From Pirellulales bacterium (lineage in GTDB: Bacteria; Planctomycetota; Planctomycetia; Pirellulales; UBA1268), in contig JBDQOY010000337.1 in assembly GCA_040260935.1 (NCBI GenBank), forward strand, positions 1 through 44,412: 44,412 nucleotides of DNA, in the 5' to 3' direction. The notes under the pieces were generated by a model. The model worked only from the letters and a program-made list of their open reading frames with translations. It was not told the DNA's origin and did no database searches. This document shows positions 1-7,504 of the stretch, piece after piece; position 1 is the stretch's first letter, and the number at the start of each line of letters is the position of its first letter. Made by a program: the position numbers and the translations under genes.

Positions 1-146
1 TTCAGCTTGTTGCCACATGAACTGCGACGAGCAGCTTCACGAGCCTGCTGCACGGCTGGCAGCAGAAGACCGACCAGAACACCAATGATCGCGATGACGA
101 CCAGCAGTTCGATGAGGGTAAACCCTCGGCGTGACTTCAGACTCAT
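1..146 (-). CDS. DUF1559-domain protein with prepilin-type N-terminal cleavage/methylation motif (5' part only; runs off the window edge)
   Basis: Not in the ORF track; translated by hand from ATG at 146: [48 protein letters not shown]. This is the [14 protein letters not shown]...LLPAVQxAREAARR signature of planctomycete DUF1559 proteins. SD GGAGG lies just upstream (GGTGGAGGAAGAAT-ATG). Confidence 0.95.
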   Translation of the reverse strand, partial: MSLKSRRGFTLIELLVVIAIIGVLVGLLLPAVQQAREAARRSSCGNKL

Positions 147-316
147 ATTCTTCCTCCACCGTTTGAGGTGGCTCCATAGAAAAAACCAGAAACAAAAAGG
201 CCGGAAGAACAGGCACTTGCCCCTTGTTGCCGTGCTCGTTCTTGATGACTGAATCAAGGAGATGCGGATCACCTGGGGAAACGCTGAATCGTCCAGAAAT
301 CCCCACCATCGCAAGA

Positions 317-345
317 ATGGTACCGGCGTAAATCTACTCAGTCAA
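317..345 (-). promoter_or_regulatory. Sigma70-type promoter for the DUF1559 gene
   Basis: Minus strand reads TTGACT (345-340), a 17-bp spacer, then TACCAT (322-317), with AT-rich sequence further upstream (UP-like). Confidence 0.65.
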
Positions 346-585
346 TAAACTGGCTCAGGAGGAAAAGGTTTCTGGCAAATAAATAAGAATTTTGAGGAAT
401 ACGGTTTTTGGCCGGTTTTCCGGGAAGAACGGTTTGGGCGAAGTTGGCAGGGCAGGTGGCCGGGGCACTTGCCGGAAAGGGACCCCCCAAAGGCTCTCTT
501 CACTCAAATGGGTGAGACGGCCGCATCGTGCCGTGGTTTGCTTGGCGGCCTCTGGTCGCCCCGGCGAGCCCTCCCGGCCCGCTTG

Positions 586-2085
586 CTACCTGAGCATGCC
601 CTTAACTATGTGCCCATGGACGTCGGTTAGCCGGAACTGGCGGCCCTGGTAGCGGTAGGTGAGCCGGGTGTGGTCGATTCCCAACAGGTGCATGATGGTC
701 GCCTGCATGTCGTGGACATGCACCGGGTCAGCGGTGATGTTCCAGGCATACTCATCGGTGGCCCCGAGCACGTGCCCCGACTTGATGCCGCCGCCGGCCA
801 GCCACCACGAAAAGGCCTTGCCGAAGTGATCGCGGCCCTTCGGGTTGGCCGGATCGCCCTGACCAAACGGCGTGCGGCCAAACTCACCCCCCCAGGCTAC
901 CAGCGTGTCTTCCAGCAGCCCGCGGTCCTTGAGGTCGTGCACGAGGGCGGCTGAGGGGCCCTGGGTGTCGCGGCACTGGGTCTCAAGTTGGCTGAAGAGG
1001 TTGCTGTGCTGGTCCCAGCCGGCATGCATCAGCTGCACAAACCGGGTGCCCCGCTCCAGCAGTCGGCGGGCCACTAAACAGTTGTAGGCGTAGGAGCCCT
1101 TCACCTGGACATCCGGGCCGTAGCGGTCAAGCACATGCTTCGGTTCGTCGGAAAAATCGACCAGCTCCGGCACGCTCGACTGCATCCGAAAGGCCATCTC
1201 GTACGACGCGATGCGGGTGTCGATTTCCGGGTCGCCATAGTCGGCCAGATGCTGGGCGTTCAGCGCGGCCAGGTCATCGAGCAACGCCCGCCGGGCTTCC
1301 CGGCTGACGCCCGGTGGGTTGGCCAGATAGGGCACCGGCTCGCCCGTGTTGCGAAACTTCACCCCCTGATAGCGACTGGGCAGAAAGCCCGAGCCCCAGT
1401 AGTAGTCAAAGAAGAGTTGGCCGCAGCTCTTCTGCTTGTCCGATGAGGTCAGCACCACGAAGGCTGGCAGGTTGTCGGTTTCAGAGCCCAGCCCATAGGC
1501 CAGCCAGGCCCCCAGACTTGGCCGGCCCGGCACCTGGCTGCCGCTTAAAAAGAAGGTGACCCCAGGGGCATGGTTGACCGCCTCGGTATGCAGACTGCGA
1601 ACCAGACAGATGTCGTCGGCCAACGCCCCAATGTCAGGCAGCAGGTCGCTCATCTCCATGCCGCACTGGCCATAGCGGGTGAAGCCCTTGATCGGGGCGA
1701 CAACCGGCCACTTGGCATAGCCGCTCGACATCGTCGACAGCCGGGTGCTGCCCCGCACGCTGGCCGGCACGTCCTGGCCAGCCTGCGCCACCAGCATCGG
1801 CTTAGGGTCAAACAGATCGACATGAGACGGCCCGCCTCCCTGCCAGAGCATCACCATTCGCTTCGCCTTGGGGGCATGGTGCGGCAGGCCGGGTAAGCCG
1901 CCCCGCCCCGTCTGGCCGGGGTGAACGCCCTGCCCGGCTTGGCCCGGGCTCTGCCCTGCCTGAGCATCACGGCCAAGCAGCGTTGCCAGCGCGGCCAGAC
2001 CGATGCCCTGCCCGGCCGAGCCAAACAGCTGGCGGCGGGTGACGCGGGCGAGGTTTTCCAGCAAGAGATCGGATGGATTCGTCAT
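586..2085 (-). CDS. DUF1501-domain protein (alkaline-phosphatase/sulfatase-like superfamily), Tat-type signal
   Basis: 499 aa. Has TRRQLF twin-arginine motif, GGPSHVDLFDPKP, RPSLGAW, GWDQH, GGEFGRTP, GRDH and a C-terminal RLTDVHG, all typical of DUF1501. Starts 12 bp after the PSD1 gene stop. Confidence 0.92.
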   Translation of the reverse strand: MTNPSDLLLENLARVTRRQLFGSAGQGIGLAALATLLGRDAQAGQSPGQAGQGVHPGQTGRGGLPGLPHHAPKAKRMVMLWQGGGPSHVDLFDPKPMLVAQAGQDVPASVRGSTRLSTMSSGYAKWPVVAPIKGFTRYGQCGMEMSDLLPDIGALADDICLVRSLHTEAVNHAPGVTFFLSGSQVPGRPSLGAWLAYGLGSETDNLPAFVVLTSSDKQKSCGQLFFDYYWGSGFLPSRYQGVKFRNTGEPVPYLANPPGVSREARRALLDDLAALNAQHLADYGDPEIDTRIASYEMAFRMQSSVPELVDFSDEPKHVLDRYGPDVQVKGSYAYNCLVARRLLERGTRFVQLMHAGWDQHSNLFSQLETQCRDTQGPSAALVHDLKDRGLLEDTLVAWGGEFGRTPFGQGDPANPKGRDHFGKAFSWWLAGGGIKSGHVLGATDEYAWNITADPVHVHDMQATIMHLLGIDHTRLTYRYQGRQFRLTDVHGHIVKGMLR

Positions 2086-2097
2086 CGGCTGCAGGCC

Positions 2098-4647
2098 TCA
2101 CTCCCGGTTGAGGGCTTCATCGAGATTCAGGATCGCCAGGCAGACGCTCGTCAGGGCCGCCTGCTCCACCGCGTCGAGGGACGTCTGTCGTGGCCGGGCC
2201 CCGACGGCCAGCAACTGGTCGGCGGCAGCGGGGTCGGTGGCGAAAACCGCCTGCTGGTGGTCGTACATGCGGGTGAGCGCGGCACGGTCTGCCGCTGTCG
2301 GTTGCCGGCTGAGCACCCGGCGAAACGCCACGGTGAGTCGGCCCTCCAGATCGTCAGCGGCCGCCGTGCTCTGCTCGGCCAGGATGCGGGCGGCCTCGAT
2401 CCAGGTGGGGTCGTTGAGCGTGGTCAGGGCATGCAGCGGCGTGCAGGTGCGGCTGCTGCGGACGGTGCAGGTTCGCCGGTTGGCCGCGTCGAACATGTTG
2501 GCCGGGGCGACCGTTCGCCGCCAGAAGGTGTAGAGGCTGCGGCGATAGAGGTCTGGCCCATTGGAGAGCGGATAGGAAAAGTCCCGCTCCTTGGTGATGG
2601 CCAGCGACTCCCAGATGTTGTCGGGCTGATAGGGAAAAACCGGCGCTCCGCCGAGGGCAGGCGTCAGCAGCCCGCTGGCAGCCAGTGCCCAGTCGCGTAG
2701 CACCAGCGCCGGCAGCCGGAACCGGGCCGCCCGGCCATGCAGCCGATTCTCCGGGTCGATTGCCAACTGCTCAGCCGTCACGCGACTGCTCTGCCGATAG
2801 GTGGCACTCATGACCAGCAGTTTGTGTAAATGCTTCTGGCTCCAGCCGCCTTCTCGAAACTCCACCGCCAGCCAGTCGAGCAGCTTGAGGTGCCGCGGGT
2901 ATTCGCTCTGCACACCCATGTCTTCGGTGGTCTTGACCAATCCCGTGCCGAAGAAGTGCTGCCACATTCGGTTGACCTGCACCCGGGCGGTCAGCGGATG
3001 CTCCGGCAGGAACAGCCACCGGGCCAAGCCCAGCCGGTTGGCCGGCAGGCCCTCTGGCAACGGCGGCAGGCTGGCCGGGGTCTTGAACTGCAGCGGGTCG
3101 CCCAGCGGGGAGAGATAGTCGCCCCGGTCGAGCACACGGGTCTCGCGGGGCTTGGCATCGCTCATCACCATCACGCGGGGGATCTGATCGCCGCTGTAGG
3201 CGGCATGGGCCTGCTTTGCCCTGTTGAAGGCCACCACGGCTGGCAGACGCCTGGTGACCGACGGCTGTACCTTGTCGTCAAAGAACCGCCGCAACTGGGC
3301 TTCGACCGATTTTTTTTCTGCCTCGGTCCGCTGGGCTTCGGGCTTGCGGAGCAGCGGCGTCAGGTTCCGCGGCAGGTCCTTGCCGTCAGCCGGCTCGCCA
3401 TCGGCAAACAGCCCGGCCTTCCAGGCCTCATACGCAACGTCGATCGTTGGCGTGGCCTCGGCCTCGAGCCGCTGCATCTCGGCCTTGAGTTCAGCCAGCT
3501 TCTCCTGCTGGGCCGTGCTCGGCAGTTCCAGCAGCGGCGGGGCGACCCGGATCCGGGCGGACTGCCGGCCGGGCATGCCGGTCTCGGGCACCTGGTTGAA
3601 GACATGCAGCAGGCGGTAGTAATCGACCTGCGTCAGTGGATCGTACTTGTGGTCGTGGCACTGGGCGCAGGCTAGCGTCAGACCCAGCCAGGTGGTGCTG
3701 GTGGTATCGACCCGGTCGAAGAGGTTGTTGAAGCGCTGCTCTTCAGGAATGGCCCCGCCTTCGCCATTGAGCAGATGATTGCGGTTGAAGGCCGTGGCCA
3801 GACGCTGCTGGCTGCTCGACTTGGGCAGCAGGTCGCCAGCCAACTGCTCGATGGAGAACTGATCAAACGGCATGTCGTCATTGAGTGCCTGCACCACCCA
3901 GTCACGCCAGAGCCACTGCCAGGTGTCACCGTCCTGCTGAAAGCCGTTGGAGTCGGCATAGCGGGCGGCATCAAGCCAGGCGGCGGCCATCCGCTCGCCG
4001 TAGTGGGGGCTGGCCAGCAGTCGATCGACGAGTTGTTCATAGGCATCGGGGCTGGCATCGTTGACGAAGGCATCGACTTCCGCCGGGGTCGGCGGCAGGC
4101 CGGTCAGGTCGGCGTGCAGTCGCCGAATCAGCGTGGACCGGTCCGCCTCGGGTGACGGGGCGATGCCTGCCTCGGTGAGCGTGGCGAGGATGAACTGGTC
4201 CACTGGATTGCAGGCCCAGTCGGCGTCAGCCTGCAGCTCGGCCACCGGTGGCTCGGGCCGCACCGGCGTGACAAAGGCCCAGTGCGGTTCATAGACCGCC
4301 CCCTCGTTGATCCACCTGGTGAGCGTTGCCTTCTGCTCAGGCGAGAGCCGCCGATTGGAGTGGGGCGGCGGCATTAGCAGGTCGGGGTCGTCGGCGTGAA
4401 TGCGGGCGATCAGTTCGCTGGCAGCTGCGTCGCCGGGCGTGAGCGCGGCCGCCTCAATCGCCGGCTCCCGCTGATCAAGCCGCAGCTCAGCCTCCCGCTT
4501 GTTGCCGTCCTGGCCGTGGCAGTAGAAGCAGTTTTCCGCCAGGATCGGCCGGATGTCGCGGTTGAAGTCGAGGGGTGCAGCGGTAGCGGGAGCAGTCAGC
4601 TGGCAGGCAAGCAGCAGCACCCCGCCACACAGCCAACGACCAGCCAT
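2098..4647 (-). CDS. Planctomycete cytochrome c (PSCyt1) + DUF1549 + DUF1553 (PSD1) protein
   Basis: FNRDIRPILAENCFYCHG, SPHYGERMA-W-D-ARYADS, CAQCHDHKYDP, ARVQVNRMWQHFFG, RRSLY. Two CxxCH heme motifs and a signal peptide. Start chosen at MAGRWL (4647); in-frame alternatives extend up to 4776. Confidence 0.92.
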   Translation of the reverse strand: MAGRWLCGGVLLLACQLTAPATAAPLDFNRDIRPILAENCFYCHGQDGNKREAELRLDQREPAIEAAALTPGDAAASELIARIHADDPDLLMPPPHSNRRLSPEQKATLTRWINEGAVYEPHWAFVTPVRPEPPVAELQADADWACNPVDQFILATLTEAGIAPSPEADRSTLIRRLHADLTGLPPTPAEVDAFVNDASPDAYEQLVDRLLASPHYGERMAAAWLDAARYADSNGFQQDGDTWQWLWRDWVVQALNDDMPFDQFSIEQLAGDLLPKSSSQQRLATAFNRNHLLNGEGGAIPEEQRFNNLFDRVDTTSTTWLGLTLACAQCHDHKYDPLTQVDYYRLLHVFNQVPETGMPGRQSARIRVAPPLLELPSTAQQEKLAELKAEMQRLEAEATPTIDVAYEAWKAGLFADGEPADGKDLPRNLTPLLRKPEAQRTEAEKKSVEAQLRRFFDDKVQPSVTRRLPAVVAFNRAKQAHAAYSGDQIPRVMVMSDAKPRETRVLDRGDYLSPLGDPLQFKTPASLPPLPEGLPANRLGLARWLFLPEHPLTARVQVNRMWQHFFGTGLVKTTEDMGVQSEYPRHLKLLDWLAVEFREGGWSQKHLHKLLVMSATYRQSSRVTAEQLAIDPENRLHGRAARFRLPALVLRDWALAASGLLTPALGGAPVFPYQPDNIWESLAITKERDFSYPLSNGPDLYRRSLYTFWRRTVAPANMFDAANRRTCTVRSSRTCTPLHALTTLNDPTWIEAARILAEQSTAAADDLEGRLTVAFRRVLSRQPTAADRAALTRMYDHQQAVFATDPAAADQLLAVGARPRQTSLDAVEQAALTSVCLAILNLDEALNRE

Positions 4648-4995
4648 TCGTGTCACTCCAGCGGTCATGCCGGTCACCATTGCAGGGCTCTGAGGTTGGC
4701 CCTGGGCAGGGCTCGGGCCGCGGCTGGTCAGCACCGACGGGGCCCGACCGTCTGTGCACCGCGATGCTGGTTTCATGCTATTCGGCCATGTGCCGCCTAC
4801 GATCTACCTTACTTCTTTCTGCGGGTGATGCCATTTTTCAATCGGCGTACGGAACAAAAACAAACCCTCCATGCGTCTGATGTGCAAAAACACGGAGGTT
4901 CTGTCCAAGTCATTCCTGAGCATTCCCTCAACCCGCACGGGGGCTGCGGGCCGATGACGGGCTGAAGCCTGACAGGCCACGAACGGAGGCAAGCG

Positions 4996-6288
4996 ATGCA
5001 TCCCCAGATCGACCAAGCAATTCACCTGCCCTCCACTGCGGATATCGCGGTGGTGGGTGCCGGTGCAGCCGGGCTGTTTGCGGCGATCTGGGCCGGCCGC
5101 ACGGCGGGACCGACGTGCCGGGTGGTCGCCGTTGATGGTGCGAGAAAACTCGGCGCGAAGATTCTGGTGGCGGGTGGCGGTCGCTGTAATGTCACGCATC
5201 ACGTGGTGAGTGAACACGACTTCGCCGGCAGCAGCCCTCCGGCAATCCGCAAGGTCCTGCGGCGGTTTTCGGTGGAAGAGACCGTGCGGTTCTTTGCTGC
5301 TGCTGGGGTGGACCTCAAGCAGGAGGAGACCGGCAAACTCTTCCCGGTGACGGACTCAGCGAGAACCGTGCTCACCGCGCTCATCGCAGAGGCAACGGCT
5401 GCCGGGGTTCAGCTGGCTCACCCCGCGCGGGTGACGGCGATCGAAGCCGTGCCTGCGGATGCTGTCGCCGGTGACAGCAGCGAGCCGTTTCGCTTTCGGG
5501 TCGTGACCGACGGGGGCAGTTGCCTGGCCCGCCGCGTGGTGCTCTGCACCGGCGGGAAGTCGCTGCCCAAGAGTGGCTCGGATGGCCTGGGCCATGACCT
5601 GGCGCGGGCGCTGGGTCATAGCATCACCACGCCCGTAGTGCCGGCTCTCGTGCCACTGCTGCTGGCGGGTGACCACTGGATCAAGCAGCTCTCCGGGCTG
5701 ACGCTGCCGGCAACGCTCATCCTGACCACCGCCAGCGGCAAGCGGCTGGTGACGACGACCGGCAGCACGCTCTGTACGCATCAGGGGCTGTCGGGGCCGG
5801 CTGTGCTCGACATCAGTCGTCACTGGCTGGTGGCTCGGCAGGCCGAGCCAGGGGTGCGGCTGCTGATCAACTGGCTGCCGGAGGAAACTCCTGAGTCGGT
5901 GGATCAACTGCTGCAGACAGCGACTCGTGGTCCGCTGGCCGTGCTCCGACAGCGGTTGCCCGAGCGGCTGGCCCGGCAACTCTGCGAGCAGGCCGGGGCG
6001 ACGGGTGCGGGTGACCTGGCACGGTCAGCCCGCAGGATGCTTGGGCAGCTGGTCACTGCAACGCCGCTCCCGGTGACCGGTGACCGGGGGTTTACCGTGG
6101 CTGAGGCGACGGCCGGCGGGGTGCCGCTGGCGGAGGTCAATCTCAAGACCATGGAGAGCCGCCTCTGCCCAGGGCTGTATTTCGCCGGCGAGGTGCTCGA
6201 TGTCGATGGCCGCATCGGCGGGTTCAATTTTCAGTGGGCCTGGTCGAGCGGGTTCGTGGCCGGCACCGCAGCTGCGACCAGCAGGTAA
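4996..6288 (+). CDS. HI0933/YhiN (BaiN-like) NAD(P)/FAD-dependent oxidoreductase
   Basis: GAGAAG Rossmann motif, KILVAGGGRCNVT, GKLFP, TGGKSLPKSGSDG, THQGLSGPAVL, TAGGV, GEVLDVDGRIGGFNFQWAWSSG. SD ACGGAGG upstream. Confidence 0.93.
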   Translation: MHPQIDQAIHLPSTADIAVVGAGAAGLFAAIWAGRTAGPTCRVVAVDGARKLGAKILVAGGGRCNVTHHVVSEHDFAGSSPPAIRKVLRRFSVEETVRFFAAAGVDLKQEETGKLFPVTDSARTVLTALIAEATAAGVQLAHPARVTAIEAVPADAVAGDSSEPFRFRVVTDGGSCLARRVVLCTGGKSLPKSGSDGLGHDLARALGHSITTPVVPALVPLLLAGDHWIKQLSGLTLPATLILTTASGKRLVTTTGSTLCTHQGLSGPAVLDISRHWLVARQAEPGVRLLINWLPEETPESVDQLLQTATRGPLAVLRQRLPERLARQLCEQAGATGAGDLARSARRMLGQLVTATPLPVTGDRGFTVAEATAGGVPLAEVNLKTMESRLCPGLYFAGEVLDVDGRIGGFNFQWAWSSGFVAGTAAATSR

Positions 6289-6412
6289 AGAGCGAATGGT
6301 GTTGACGTCCGGGCGATCCGAGGAAGTGCGTGTCGGCTCACATGAGACGCCGCGGTTTCCTGCGCTGGCGGTCCGGGTCTGCCATTGCATTAGCGGCGCG
6401 TTCAGCGGCGAG

Positions 6413-7504
6413 TTACTCGGTGAGCATCTGTAGGCTGGCGGTCACCACATCGTCGACGGAGACGTCGAGTGGATCAGCCCGGCCGCTGGGCCACCGCTGG
6501 GCGGTTGACGGCTGCCGGATGGGCGAACTGAGCCGCTGCCCGAATGACTGTTTGGGGTTCGGCGACCGGAGGATGACGAAGGATGTGCCCCACGGATGCC
6601 ACTGATGCGGGTCCGCAGCGCCGAAAATCACCACACACGGTTTGCCAAATGAGGCAGCGATGTGGACCAGTCCCGTGTCGACCCCGATGCAGAGAGCGCA
6701 GCGGGCGATCAACGCAGCGGCTTCGGGCAAGGAACTCTCGGCAGTCACGTCATGCAGATGGTCGGCGGCGTGGCCGGCGTGGTCTCGGATCGCCGCATGC
6801 ATCGCGACGTCACCGGGGCCTCCGCAGAGAAAGAACACAGCTGATGTCGCTGCATGAATGCGGTCGATCACCGCGGCAAAGCGCTCGGCTGGCCACCGCC
6901 GCCCGAGGCCGCTGGCGGACGGCGCGAGGAAGATCCAGGGACGGTCGGTGGGGATGGTGCGGACTCGCTGCTCAAGCTGCGCAGCCGCCTCGGGGTCGAT
7001 CCAGTTTTCATTGTGGCCATCATCAACGGTGAGCCCGTCGCACCGCAGCACATCGAGGAAGTGTTCCACCTCGTGGGTCAGGGGCCGCAGCCGGGATGCC
7101 CGTGAGAGAAACAGCGACTGCCCCTGGCAGGCAAAGCCGACGCGATGGGGAATGCCAGCCAGCCGGGTCAGCAGGCCGCCAACTGCCGCCCGTTTGAGGA
7201 CATAGCTGCGGTCATAGTGTCGATCGGCGAGCCAGCGGGCCGTGTCCCGCAGAGTGGTGACCGACTGCAGCAGCGACCGCCGCTGGGTTCGCGGCCGCGT
7301 CCAACGGAGGAGTTCGTCGACATAGGGGCAGGCAGCAAGGACATCCCCCGAGACCGGCTCGACCAGCACGTCGATCGTCGCGTCCGGAAAGTTCTGCCGG
7401 AGGTTCCGCAAGAATGGAATGGCCAGCACCGTGTCGCCAATGAACCGGTTGCGGATGACCAGAATCCGCGGTCGGGTGGTGGCAGCGTTCGCGGCAGCCA
7501 TCAC
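6413..7504 (-). CDS. Glycosyltransferase family 9 (LPS heptosyltransferase-like, WaaF/WaaQ type)
   Basis: ILVIRNRFIGDTVL, HEVE, RRWPAERF, DTGLVHIAASFGKPCVVIFG motifs of GT9. Start overlaps the bamA stop codon (GTGATG). Confidence 0.9.
   Translation of the reverse strand: MMAAANAATTRPRILVIRNRFIGDTVLAIPFLRNLRQNFPDATIDVLVEPVSGDVLAACPYVDELLRWTRPRTQRRSLLQSVTTLRDTARWLADRHYDRSYVLKRAAVGGLLTRLAGIPHRVGFACQGQSLFLSRASRLRPLTHEVEHFLDVLRCDGLTVDDGHNENWIDPEAAAQLEQRVRTIPTDRPWIFLAPSASGLGRRWPAERFAAVIDRIHAATSAVFFLCGGPGDVAMHAAIRDHAGHAADHLHDVTAESSLPEAAALIARCALCIGVDTGLVHIAASFGKPCVVIFGAADPHQWHPWGTSFVILRSPNPKQSFGQRLSSPIRQPSTAQRWPSGRADPLDVSVDDVVTASLQMLTE

Noticed and set aside
7-309. ORF-track entries 7..252(+) and 37..309(-)
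   Set aside because: The real coding frame is the DUF1559 prepilin ORF starting at 146 on the minus strand; these are alternative-frame artefacts.
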